Part shown: in pieces, positions 16,815-28,835 of the stretch
Layout of the letters: the number at the start of each line of letters is the position of its first letter
How positions within the stretch are numbered: the stretch's first letter is position 1
Assembly: GCA_947478395.1 (NCBI GenBank)
Contig: CANJVR010000002.1
Location: 608,001 to 672,000 of the forward strand
From: Opitutia bacterium
GTDB taxonomy: Bacteria > Verrucomicrobiota > Verrucomicrobiia > Opitutales > Opitutaceae
Reading direction: 5' to 3'
Length of the DNA stretch: 64,000 nucleotides
The notes under the pieces: model-generated
The model's input: the letters and a program-made list of their open reading frames with translations, nothing else
Told to the model about the DNA's origin: nothing
Databases searched by the model: none
Translations under genes and position numbers: made by a program

Positions 16815-19007
16815 TCAGCGCAGGAACGCTTCGTGCAAACCGCCGTCGACCGTGATGACCTGACCGGTGGTTTTACTGAGGCGCTGGGTCACGAGGAGGA
16901 AATAGGCCTCGGCCTGATCGGCCGGCGTGATTGGCGCCTTTGTGAGCGTGCGGTCCGCGTAGAACTGCGCGAGCTTGGTCACAAGCGACTCCGTCGCCTC
17001 GTCGTCCTTGTAGGGAATGGCGTACTTCGCGAGCGAGCCGATGACGCGATCGCGCGGGAACATCGCCGAGCCCTGCACGACCGTCGCCGGCGCGACGCCG
17101 TTCACCCGGACGAGCGGCGAGAGTTCGATGGCGAGCTCGCGCACGAGGTGATTGGCGGCGGCCTTCGACGTGTCGTAGGCCAGCGAACCTTTCTTCGCGA
17201 CGGCGGCGTTGGCCGATGTCGTGAGCACGAGATTCCCACGAAGCCCCTGCTCTTTCCAGGTTTTGAAAGCTTCGTCGGCGACAAAATAACTGCCCGTGAC
17301 GTTGATGTTGAACGTGAGCGCCCACTTGTCGTCGGGGATATGCCCGGAGGTGTCGCTTGGGACGAAAATGCCGGCGGTGACACAGATCGAGTCGAAGCCA
17401 CCGTAGGCCATCGCGACGTCATCGAGCATGCGGCGAATCGAAGCGCGGTCGGTGATATTACAAGCGAGTCCGAGCGCTGGACCGCAGGCGGAAAGACCCG
17501 TGCCCGCGACGCCGATGCCGACACCATATTTATCGGTGATCTCCTTGGCGGTGCCTTGCGCAGCGGCTTCGTTGAGGTCGACGCACACGATGTGCGCGCC
17601 TTCCTTCACGAGGCGGTGCGCGGTTTCCTTGCCGATGCCCGAGCCAGCGCCGATCACGATGATCACCTGGCGGGCGAGTTCCTTTTCCGCGGGCATGCGC
17701 TTCAACTTCGCCTCCTCGAGCAGCCAGTACTCGATATCGAACGCCTCCTGCTGGGGCAGGGAAATATATTTATCGATCGCCTCGGCTCCGCGCATGACCT
17801 CCACCGCGCAGTTGTAGAACTCGGCGGTGACGCGGCTCTCGGACTTATCTTTGCCCCACGCGATCAGGCCGACACCGGGGATGAGAACCACCGTCGGATT
17901 CGGGTCACGCATCGCGGGCGAGTTGGCGTGTTTGCACTTCGCGTAGTAGGCGCCGTAGTCCTTGCGGTAGGCTTCGAGGCCAGCGGCGAGTTTTTTCTTC
18001 AACGTCGCGGCGTCTTCGCTCTGCGGATTCCAATCGACGTAGAGCGGCTTGATTTTGGTCCGGAGGAAATGGTCCGGGCAGCTCGTGCCAAGTTCGGCGA
18101 GACGGGCGGCGTCCTTCGAGTTCACGAAGCGCAGGATTTTTTCGTCGTCCTGCACCGTGCCGACGAAACGTTTCTCCTTGGAAACCTGGCCGCGGAGCCA
18201 GGGCAGGATCGCGGCAAACGTCGCGCGGCGCTGCTCGGGCGTGAGCGTCTGATATTTCGCGCCGCCGAAGGCCGCGGCGTCGCCGCCCTTGGCCGTATAC
18301 TTCGCCTCGATGTAAGCCGCGGCTTTCTCGATGCAGTCGAGCGTGTAAGTGTAACAGGCCTTTTCGTTGTCGTCCCACGAGATGAAGCCGTGCTGGCCCA
18401 TCATGATGGACTTCACCTTCGGATTTTTCTGCACGATGGACTGCATGGCGAGGCCGAGTTCGAAGCCCGGACGCATCCACGTGACGTAGGCCATTTCCCC
18501 GCCGAAGATTTCCTGCGTGAGTTGCTCGCAGTTGGCCGAGGCGGCGATTGCGATGATCGCATTGGGGTGCATGTGATCGACGAACTTCGCCGGGATGAAG
18601 CTGTGCAGCGGCGTGTCGATCGAGGAAGCGCGCGGGTTCAGGTTAAACGTCGCGTGCGTGTACATGCCGACCATCTCGTCTTCGGCTGGCGACTTCAGAC
18701 CTTTGTCGGTGCGCGCGCCGTAGAGTTGCTGAAGATCGATCAACTTCTGCTGGTACAACGACGAGAAATTTTCGCGCGTGCTGGTGCGCAAATCGCCACC
18801 CGAGCCCTTGACCCAAAGCACCTCGACCGGCCGGCCAGTGAGCGGATCTTTTTCCGCGACCTTGGAAGACGTGTTACCGCCGCCGGTATTGGTGATGCGT
18901 TGATCGCTACCCAGCAGATTTGAGCGATAGGCGAGGCGGCCAACGAAATCGAGGGAAGCGGCTTTCGCATCGTCCCAGACAAAATTCACGAATTTGTAGG
19001 TAGGCAT
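16815..19007 (-). CDS. rhaEW: Bifunctional rhamnulose-1-phosphate aldolase/short-chain dehydrogenase (RhaEW)
   Basis: N-terminal class II aldolase (GGGNTSSK, VKGSGGDL, SIDTPLH, DHMHP, CPDHFLRTK, EYWLLEEAKL) plus C-terminal SDR (GAGSGIG, YDTSK, VDGG); start ATG 19007. Confidence 0.93.
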   Translation of the reverse strand: MPTYKFVNFVWDDAKAASLDFVGRLAYRSNLLGSDQRITNTGGGNTSSKVAEKDPLTGRPVEVLWVKGSGGDLRTSTRENFSSLYQQKLIDLQQLYGARTDKGLKSPAEDEMVGMYTHATFNLNPRASSIDTPLHSFIPAKFVDHMHPNAIIAIAASANCEQLTQEIFGGEMAYVTWMRPGFELGLAMQSIVQKNPKVKSIMMGQHGFISWDDNEKACYTYTLDCIEKAAAYIEAKYTAKGGDAAAFGGAKYQTLTPEQRRATFAAILPWLRGQVSKEKRFVGTVQDDEKILRFVNSKDAARLAELGTSCPDHFLRTKIKPLYVDWNPQSEDAATLKKKLAAGLEAYRKDYGAYYAKCKHANSPAMRDPNPTVVLIPGVGLIAWGKDKSESRVTAEFYNCAVEVMRGAEAIDKYISLPQQEAFDIEYWLLEEAKLKRMPAEKELARQVIIVIGAGSGIGKETAHRLVKEGAHIVCVDLNEAAAQGTAKEITDKYGVGIGVAGTGLSACGPALGLACNITDRASIRRMLDDVAMAYGGFDSICVTAGIFVPSDTSGHIPDDKWALTFNINVTGSYFVADEAFKTWKEQGLRGNLVLTTSANAAVAKKGSLAYDTSKAAANHLVRELAIELSPLVRVNGVAPATVVQGSAMFPRDRVIGSLAKYAIPYKDDEATESLVTKLAQFYADRTLTKAPITPADQAEAYFLLVTQRLSKTTGQVITVDGGLHEAFLR

Positions 19008-19223
19008 GGTGAGAAAAGGATTGGTCGGTTTTTGAGGGGGTGAACGATCATCCCATGACAGATTCTGAAAGATTTCCACCGTAAACTCGCACGCGCGGAT
19101 TTTTCCGAACGATCGTCCCGGGCGGTGGTTTTGTTTTGCGAGGTGCGCGCCGCGCGCCTCGACGATCCACTAGATAGATTCCTCGCGCGGTAAATCGCGA
19201 TGAAATGGCGGGGACTCCCGGAA

Positions 19224-20066
19224 TCAGAGCACCACGTTATCAATCAGCCGCGCCTCGTCGACCCAGGCCGCGATGGCCAGCATGCTCTTGCCGGGCACGA
19301 CCTCGCGCATGGCTTCGATCGTGAGACGATCGACGATCGCCACGTAGATCACGCGCACGCGCCGATGCTGACCAAGGATGTGCGTCGCCTCCGCGATCAA
19401 CCGATCAGGGCTGCGCACGCCGCTATCGGCCATTTCCTTCGCGCGCGTCAGCGCTTTGTACAAAGCCAGCGCCTCCTGTCTCTGGCTGGCGGTGAAATCG
19501 CGGTTGCGCACGCCGGCGGCCAGCCCGTCGGCTTCGCGCGCCGTGGGCACCACGATGACCTCGACGCCAAAACAAAATTCGTCGGACATGCGCCGCACCA
19601 CCGCCGCCCGTTGCGCGGTTTTCTGGCCAAAGAACGCGTACTGCGGGCGCACGATGTTGAACAATTTCGCCATCACCGTGGTGATTCCGCGAAAATGTCC
19701 GGGGCGCGACGCTCCGCAGAGCGGCTTGCTGGTCGACTCCTCGATCACAAACGAGGCATACCCGCGGGGAAACATGACTTCGACCGGCGGGCAAAACACC
19801 GCTTGCACGCCACACGCTTCGCACAACGCCAGATCCAGCTTCAAACTGCGCGGATAATTCGCCACGACCTGATTCTGACTGAACTGCAGCGGATTCACGA
19901 AAATGGAAACGACCACGATATCGGCCCGCGCCACAGCCGCGCGAATCAACGTTTCCTGGCCCGCGTGCAACGCGCCCATCGTGGCCACCAGCGCCACGGT
20001 CTGGCCCGCCGTTCGCCACTCGGCTGCTACTGCGGTCATTTCAACCACCGATTCGATTTTCTTCAT
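19224..20066 (-). CDS. panC: Pantoate--beta-alanine ligase homolog with degenerate active-site motifs
   Basis: TMGALH, SIFVNPLQF, YPR, GASRPGHFRG, KLFNIV, RLIDN are present, but HAGQ replaces HxGH, FGQKTAQR replaces FGxKDxQQ and LAAGVRN replaces LAMSSRN. Confidence 0.8.
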   Translation of the reverse strand: MKKIESVVEMTAVAAEWRTAGQTVALVATMGALHAGQETLIRAAVARADIVVVSIFVNPLQFSQNQVVANYPRSLKLDLALCEACGVQAVFCPPVEVMFPRGYASFVIEESTSKPLCGASRPGHFRGITTVMAKLFNIVRPQYAFFGQKTAQRAAVVRRMSDEFCFGVEVIVVPTAREADGLAAGVRNRDFTASQRQEALALYKALTRAKEMADSGVRSPDRLIAEATHILGQHRRVRVIYVAIVDRLTIEAMREVVPGKSMLAIAAWVDEARLIDNVVL

Positions 20067-20184
20067 GGAGGGTGTGCGGTTTGGGGGTAACGTCGGGCTT
20101 GAACAAACCCGGCCCGTTGCGTTTGTTCAAGTTTTTCGCCCGGCCTCCCGGCACTTTGCACCTCCTTAATCGCATCTCTCTTCC

Positions 20185-21414
20185 ATGATCCGCATCAACG
20201 AAAATTACACCAAGCTCAAGGCCTCCTATCTTTTCGCCGACATCGCCAAGCGGGTCAGCGCCTACGTCGCGGCCAATCCGACCAAGCCGGTCATCCGCCT
20301 CGGCATCGGCGACGTCACCGAGCCCCTCCCCGCTGTCTGCACCGCTGCGCTCCATGCGGCGACCGACGAGATGGCGGTACGTTCTACGTTCAAAGGCTAT
20401 GGTCCCGAACAAGGCTACGCGTTCCTCCGCGAGGCCGTGGCCCAAAATGATTACGCCGCCCGCGGGTGCGCGATCGAGCCCGATGAAATTTTCATCTCCG
20501 ACGGCTCGAAGTGCGATTGCGCGAACATCCAGGAAATCTTCGCGACCGAAGGCCTCCGCCTGGCGATCCCCGATCCGGTTTATCCCGTCTACATCGACAC
20601 CAACGTCATGGCCGGTCGCACCGGGCCCAACCTCGACGGCCGTTACGCCGGTATAACGTATCTCGATTGCACGCCCGCCAACGGCTACGTGCCGGCGATA
20701 CCGGCCACCGCGACCGACCTCATCTATCTTTGTTTTCCCAACAACCCCACCGGCGCCGTCGCCACCCGCGAACAGCTCGCCGCTTGGGTTGCCTACGCCA
20801 AATCCAACAACGCGATCATCCTTTTCGACTCCGCCTACGAGGCCTACATCCGCGACCCGGCCATCCCCCATTCGATCTACGAAATACCCGGCGCGCGTGA
20901 TGTCGCGATCGAGTTTCGCAGTTTCTCCAAGACGGCGGGCTTCACCGGTACGCGTTGCGCGTACACCGTGATCCCCAAGACCCTCGTCGCCTACGATCTC
21001 GCCGGCAAAACCCACTCGGTCCATGCACTCTGGAATCGCCGGCATACGACGAAATTCAATGGCGTCGCCTACCCGATTCAAAAAGCCGCTGCCGCCATCT
21101 TCACCGACGCCGGCAAACAACAGGTGCGCGCCATGACCGATTTCTATCTCGCGAACGCCGCCCTCATTCGCACCGCGGTCAACAATCTCGGCCTAAGCTG
21201 CGTCGGCGGCGACAACGCCCCCTATATCTGGATCAATACGGGCCGCGACTCATGGGAATTTTTCGATCTCCTGCTGAACAAGGCCCAAGTCGTCTGCACG
21301 CCCGGCGCCGGCTTCGGCAAATGCGGCGAGGGCCACGTGCGCATCAGCGCTTTCAATTCCCGCGAAAACGTCGAGACCGCTCTCAAGCGCATCGCGGCCG
21401 CGCTGAAGCCATGA
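20185..21414 (+). CDS. dapL: LL-diaminopimelate aminotransferase
   Basis: [53 protein letters not shown]. Confidence 0.96.
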   Translation: MIRINENYTKLKASYLFADIAKRVSAYVAANPTKPVIRLGIGDVTEPLPAVCTAALHAATDEMAVRSTFKGYGPEQGYAFLREAVAQNDYAARGCAIEPDEIFISDGSKCDCANIQEIFATEGLRLAIPDPVYPVYIDTNVMAGRTGPNLDGRYAGITYLDCTPANGYVPAIPATATDLIYLCFPNNPTGAVATREQLAAWVAYAKSNNAIILFDSAYEAYIRDPAIPHSIYEIPGARDVAIEFRSFSKTAGFTGTRCAYTVIPKTLVAYDLAGKTHSVHALWNRRHTTKFNGVAYPIQKAAAAIFTDAGKQQVRAMTDFYLANAALIRTAVNNLGLSCVGGDNAPYIWINTGRDSWEFFDLLLNKAQVVCTPGAGFGKCGEGHVRISAFNSRENVETALKRIAAALKP

Positions 21415-21483
21415 AATCGAGGCCCGTGTGACGCGCGGCCCGGATCGATGCGACCCGCATCGGTCCGGTCGGTTTGAACGGGT

Positions 21484-22203
21484 CTACCGCTCCAGCAGAA
21501 TGATCAACACGCCGAGCGCGGTAAATAATAGCCCGAGCAGGGCCGACTCGTAGCGTTCGAGCGTTTTCACTTCGAATTTCTCCAGTCCGACAAGCGTCAG
21601 CCAAGTAAACAAAAGCATCCCGAGCAGCGCTCCAGCCGCCAGAATCACGCTGAGCACGATGAAGCCGTGCCAGCCAAACTGCACCCCGGACAAATAGACC
21701 GGCAAAAATCCTTCGCACGGCGACAGCGTCAGCATGAGGAAGAGGCCGCCGATCACCGCCCAGTCGCTCTTCCGCTCCGAAACCAGCGGACTTTCTTCCA
21801 GCTCCTCGTGCCAGTGACTGTGCTCCTTTTCCTCCCCGCAATGCTCGTCGGCCTGATGCTGCCCGCCCGGCACGGCGTGATGGCAAATGCCAGCCCCACG
21901 CCATTGGCGCCAAAAATAATAGAGCCCGATCGCGCCCAATCCACCGCCAATCACCCACGGGAACGCCGCACCGATCTTCGCATCGAGCTGAAAGCCGAAC
22001 CAAGCGATCGCGAGACCAAGCAAACTCGTCACCGCCACATGCCCCAGCCCCGCCAGTAGCGTCACGCCAAGCGTCTTCGTCCGACTCCAGCCGCGCGCCC
22101 GTGACACCAAAACAAACGGCAACCAGTGCGTCGGAATCGCCGCGTGAAAAAATGCGACGGAAAATCCGGTGACGGCAATGGTGTTGAGAACAGCGGAATT
22201 CAT
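21484..22203 (-). CDS. Membrane protein, Ni/Co/heavy-metal transporter-like (NicO/RcnA/DsbD_2-like) with His-rich loop
   Basis: FFHAAIPTHWLP, GLGHV, His-rich loop CHHAVPGGQHQADEHCGEEKEHSHWHEE, SPCEG, about 6 hydrophobic segments. Confidence 0.65.
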   Translation of the reverse strand: MNSAVLNTIAVTGFSVAFFHAAIPTHWLPFVLVSRARGWSRTKTLGVTLLAGLGHVAVTSLLGLAIAWFGFQLDAKIGAAFPWVIGGGLGAIGLYYFWRQWRGAGICHHAVPGGQHQADEHCGEEKEHSHWHEELEESPLVSERKSDWAVIGGLFLMLTLSPCEGFLPVYLSGVQFGWHGFIVLSVILAAGALLGMLLFTWLTLVGLEKFEVKTLERYESALLGLLFTALGVLIILLER

Positions 22204-22287
22204 CAGGCTAAAGCGACGGAGGTTCAGCTATCGCGAGTGGCGCAATCGCTGTCGAACGCGAACTCTAGCAAAGTCGTCAAGCGCATC

Positions 22288-23283
22288 CTAATCTCCCGGA
22301 CCGGATGCCATCCACACATCCCGCACACAGCGAAACCCGAGGTTCGTCGTGCTGCTGTCGGGCGTGTTGCTGGAACGCGCATCCGTCCGGTAACGGTTGC
22401 AATAGCTGGCGTGACACAAATAGCTCCCGCCGCGCATCACGCGCCGCGCCAGCGGTGAGCCGGTCGAATCCGCGCCGGTCGCAGGGCCGAGCGGATTATC
22501 GTCCGGCGACACGCGATAGAAACCGGGGTCGAACCAGTCCCAGCACCATTCCCAGACATTTCCCGTCATTTGATAGAGCCCGAAGCCGTTCGCCTTGAAA
22601 CTGCGCGCGGGCGCCGGACCGTAGTGGCCATCGGCACAGGTGTTGCGCGTCGGGAAATCGCCCTGCCACACGTTCATGACGTGGCGGCCGCCCGGCTCAA
22701 GGTCGTCGCCCCAGGGAAATCGCTTCTGCGCCAGTCCGCCGCGCGCCGCGCATTCCCACTCGGCTTCCGTCGGCAACCGCTTACCGGCCCACGCGGCGTA
22801 GGCGCGCGCATCGTTCCACGAGACATGCACCACGGGAAATTCCCAGCGCTGCTTGATGTTCGTGCCCGGACCCTCGGGATGCCGCCAGTTCGCGCCCTCG
22901 ACGCGACACCACCACTCGCTGCCGAGCACGCGCAAGCGCACGGCCGTCTCCTGCTGCTTGGCCGTGAGATGTCCGTAAAACACAAAACTCCAGCCGAATT
23001 TTTCCGCCTCGGTCTTGAAACGCGCCGCATTCACAAACGCGTTAAACTGCTCGTTCGTCACCACCGTCTCGTCGATGAAGAACGGGGCCAGCTTCACCCG
23101 ATGCACCGGCCCTTCTCCGTCCGCGGCGAAACCATAGGCGGCGTCATTGCCCATCAGGAATTCGCCCCCGGCAATCAATTTCATGCCCACCGTCGCCCCG
23201 GCCACGACGCGTTTGAAATCCTGAGCTCCACTCGCCGTCGCTTCCGACCGCCGGCCGGGCGCGCAACAACTGTCACCGTCCAT
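22288..23283 (-). CDS. Formylglycine-generating enzyme (sulfatase maturase, SUMF1-type)
   Basis: FLMG, GEGP, WRHPEGP, PVVHVSWNDA, RLPTEAEWE, GNVWEW, and RGGSYLCHASYCNRYR with the catalytic Cys pair; start ATG 23283. Confidence 0.93.
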   Translation of the reverse strand: MDGDSCCAPGRRSEATASGAQDFKRVVAGATVGMKLIAGGEFLMGNDAAYGFAADGEGPVHRVKLAPFFIDETVVTNEQFNAFVNAARFKTEAEKFGWSFVFYGHLTAKQQETAVRLRVLGSEWWCRVEGANWRHPEGPGTNIKQRWEFPVVHVSWNDARAYAAWAGKRLPTEAEWECAARGGLAQKRFPWGDDLEPGGRHVMNVWQGDFPTRNTCADGHYGPAPARSFKANGFGLYQMTGNVWEWCWDWFDPGFYRVSPDDNPLGPATGADSTGSPLARRVMRGGSYLCHASYCNRYRTDARSSNTPDSSTTNLGFRCVRDVWMASGPGD

Positions 23284-23288
23284 CGGGC

Positions 23289-25942
<2,654 letters not shown>

Positions 25943-25967
25943 GTTAAGGCGGTCGAAAAGAACTGAG

Positions 25968-26020
25968 GCTCACAAAAACAAACCCTTCTCTTTTTGTGAC
26001 TTTTGGCGCCTTTTTGTGGC
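25968..26020. repeat. Purine/pyrimidine-skewed imperfect inverted repeat (intercistronic family)
   Basis: CACAAAAA...TTTTTGTGACTTTTGGCGCCTTTTTGTGGC; similar elements at 27115-27195, 28620-28732, 58800-58856, 60077-60160 and 61209-61285. Confidence 0.55.
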
Positions 26021-26030
26021 CCTCTATCCG

Positions 26031-27062
26031 ATGACTTCTCGTGAACGCTTTCTCGCCGCCTGCGCCTGCACCCCGCTGGACCGCCCACCGCTTTGGGTCA
26101 TGCGCCAAGCCGGCCGCTATCTGCCCGAGTACCGCGCGCTGAAGGAAAAATCGTCCTTCCTCCAGATGGTGCGCACGCCCGCGCTCGCCGCGGAAGTTAC
26201 CCTCCAGCCGTTACGGCGCTTCGCGGGCCTCGACGCCGCGATTTTATTTTCGGACATTCTCGTGATCCCCGAAGCGCTCGGCCAACCGTACTCGTTTCGC
26301 GACACCGGCGGCATCGGCATGGCCTTCCGCCTTGAAACCCGCGCCCAAATTGACGCGCTCGCGCCGGCCTCGGCGGTCCCGGAAAGACTTTCCTACGTTG
26401 CCGACGCGCTCGCGCTCCTGAAAAAAGAGCTCGCCGGGTCGAAGGCTTTGCTTGGATTCGGCGGATCGCCGTGGACGCTCGCCACCTACATGGTCGAAGG
26501 CGGAAGCTCCGACGAATTCGAGCGCATCAAAACTCTTTTCTACACGGAACGTGCGACCTTTGACGCCCTCCTTGAAAAGCTCACGGCGGCGCTGATCGTT
26601 TATTTTCAGATGCAGATTCGCGCCGGGGCGGATGCGATTCAGATCTTCGACAGTTGGGGCGGGCTCATCGCGGGCTGCGACTACGAAGCCGCTTCGCTGC
26701 GTTGGATTCGCGAAATTATCGCGGCGCTCCCGCGCGATTTTCCCGTGATCCTGTACGCTAAAGGTACGGCGCCGCATCTCACCGATCAGGCTTTCACCGG
26801 CGCCCGGGTGATTAGCGTCGATTGGACCACCGACATTGCGATCGCGCGTCGTATCTTGCCCGCCAACGTCGCCGTGCAAGGAAACCTCGATCCGATCCTG
26901 CTCAACACCACGCCCGAGATCGTCGGCCGCGAGACCACCCGCCTGCTCGAATCCATGCGCGGCACCGCCGGCCACATTTTCAACCTCGGCCACGGCATCA
27001 CGCCGCGCGCCAAGATCGAATGCATGCAGACCCTCGTCGATACCGTGACGACTTGGCGCTGA
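26031..27062 (+). CDS. hemE: Uroporphyrinogen decarboxylase
   Basis: WVMRQAGRYLPEYR, DAAILFSDIL, GSPWTLATY, QIFDSWG, VQGNLDP, IFNLGHGI. Confidence 0.96.
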   Translation: MTSRERFLAACACTPLDRPPLWVMRQAGRYLPEYRALKEKSSFLQMVRTPALAAEVTLQPLRRFAGLDAAILFSDILVIPEALGQPYSFRDTGGIGMAFRLETRAQIDALAPASAVPERLSYVADALALLKKELAGSKALLGFGGSPWTLATYMVEGGSSDEFERIKTLFYTERATFDALLEKLTAALIVYFQMQIRAGADAIQIFDSWGGLIAGCDYEAASLRWIREIIAALPRDFPVILYAKGTAPHLTDQAFTGARVISVDWTTDIAIARRILPANVAVQGNLDPILLNTTPEIVGRETTRLLESMRGTAGHIFNLGHGITPRAKIECMQTLVDTVTTWR

Positions 27063-27225
27063 CCGCCAAACTGTAGTTAGTCGGTCCCCACCCCGCTCGA
27101 CGCCGACCGACCATGCCACGAAAAGGTCCAAAGAGGCCCGAGAAACAAAAACTATTCCCCTGCTCTTTTGGTCCATTTTCGGGCCTCCTCGCGGCCCATA
27201 ATCCTTCGGCTTGAAGTCCCTCTTC

Positions 27226-28605
27226 GTGGCCCATCCCATTTCCAAATCGATCGCCATCCTCGGTGGCGGCATCACCGGCCTGACCGCTGCATATCGTCTC
27301 ACGCAGCGGGGTCACCGCGTCCGCCTGTTCGAACAGTCTTCGCGCGTCGGAGGAGCAATTGGCACCGAGCGCACAAACGATGGCTGGCTGATCGAAGGCG
27401 GCCCAAACTCCCTGCAGCAAACGCCCGGCGTCCACGCGCTGATCACCGAACTGAATTTGGAGCCAGAGCTCGTCAGCGCGGCGCCGGCCGCTAAAAATCG
27501 TTACCTAGTCCGTGCGGGCCGGCTCGTCGCGCTCCCGGGCTCGCCGCCCGCCTTCCTGAAGTCGCCACTTTTTTCCCTTGGCGCCAAAGCCCGCGTCCTC
27601 CGCGAACTTCTCCGTCGACCGAACTCCACGTCCGCTCACCGCGACCTCAGCTTCGCCGCCTTCATCCGCGATCACTTTGGTCCCGAGCTGCTCGCCAACG
27701 CCGCGCAGCCTTTCGTGAGCGGAATCTACGCCGGCGATCCGGAAAAACTTTCCGCACGCCACGCGTTTCCCACCCTTTGGCAGCTGGCGCAAAAACATGG
27801 TTCGGTCCTGCGCGGACAAATCGCCACGGCCAAGGCCCGTCGCGGCCGCGGCGAACCCGCGACCCCGCGGCTCGTTTCGTTCCGCGCCGGATTGCAAACG
27901 CTGACCGATACCCTCGCCCACCGCTTGCCCGCGGACACCCTTGTGCTTAACGCGCGCGCCGAATTGTTGCGCGCCGGCTCTCCGTGGCAGTTGGTCTGGC
28001 GAAACCTGGCGACGTCCACGCCACAAACGGAAACGTTCGACATCGTCCTCAGCGCGCTGCCCGCCGCCAGCCTCGAAACCCTCACGGTCGATTCGACCCG
28101 GCCATTTGCCTCCCTTTCGAACATCGAGCATCCGCCCGTCTCCGCGCTTTTCCTCGGCTACCGCCGCGAACACGTCGCACATGCCCTCGATGGTTTTGGT
28201 CTCCTCGTACCGTCGACCGAGAAACGGCCGATTCTTGGCGTGATCTTTAACTCCACGCTCTTTCCAGGTCGCGCTCCCGCCGAACACGTCGCGATCAATG
28301 TCATGGTCGGTGGCGCGCTCCAGCCGAACCTGGCTCGGCTGCCCACCGCCGAGTTGATGGCGGCCATCGCACCCGATCTTCGCGACCTTCTCGGCGTTAC
28401 CGGAGAACCTGTGTTTCAACGCCACACCTTTTGGCCGCGCGCCATTCCGCAATACAACCTCGGCTACGAAGCTCACCTGACCACGATCGCCGACGCCGAG
28501 CGCGCGCACGCAGGGCTGTTCGTCGGCGGTCAGGTCTGCGATGGTATTTCCCTCCCATCCTGCGTCGCCGCCGGCGAAAAACTAGCCGCCCGCGCCACAA
28601 GTTAA
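27226..28605 (+). CDS. hemY: Protoporphyrinogen oxidase (HemY/HemG FAD type)
   Basis: ILGGGITGLTAAY, EGGPNS, PFVSGIYAGD, GFGLLVP, LFPGRAP, WPRAIPQY; start uncertain (GTG 27226 or TTG 27211). Confidence 0.9.
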   Translation: MAHPISKSIAILGGGITGLTAAYRLTQRGHRVRLFEQSSRVGGAIGTERTNDGWLIEGGPNSLQQTPGVHALITELNLEPELVSAAPAAKNRYLVRAGRLVALPGSPPAFLKSPLFSLGAKARVLRELLRRPNSTSAHRDLSFAAFIRDHFGPELLANAAQPFVSGIYAGDPEKLSARHAFPTLWQLAQKHGSVLRGQIATAKARRGRGEPATPRLVSFRAGLQTLTDTLAHRLPADTLVLNARAELLRAGSPWQLVWRNLATSTPQTETFDIVLSALPAASLETLTVDSTRPFASLSNIEHPPVSALFLGYRREHVAHALDGFGLLVPSTEKRPILGVIFNSTLFPGRAPAEHVAINVMVGGALQPNLARLPTAELMAAIAPDLRDLLGVTGEPVFQRHTFWPRAIPQYNLGYEAHLTTIADAERAHAGLFVGGQVCDGISLPSCVAAGEKLAARATS

Positions 28606-28835
28606 GGCATCACTAAGGTTGGTCGCGAAAAACCCAAAGGCCTCCACCGCTCCGGACGGAGCGCGACTGTGCCTGCCGGCACGTGGAGGTGGTCAACAAA
28701 GCCAACCGGGATTTTCGTGTTTTTCGTGGCTAAAATTTCGGCCTACGGAAGCCGATCCCGCACTCGCGTCGCCGCCGACCGTCTCCCCCCTTGACTCCCC
28801 TCTGGGCGAACGTAGTTTCCGCCCCTTTTCCCGGT

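Noticed and set aside
16833..18923. 696-aa plus-strand ORF, and similar long ORFs at 29202-31094, 35102-36568 and 4104-5249
   Set aside because: Antisense to well-supported genes (rhaEW, ileS, trpB/STAS, Ldh_2); no family features.
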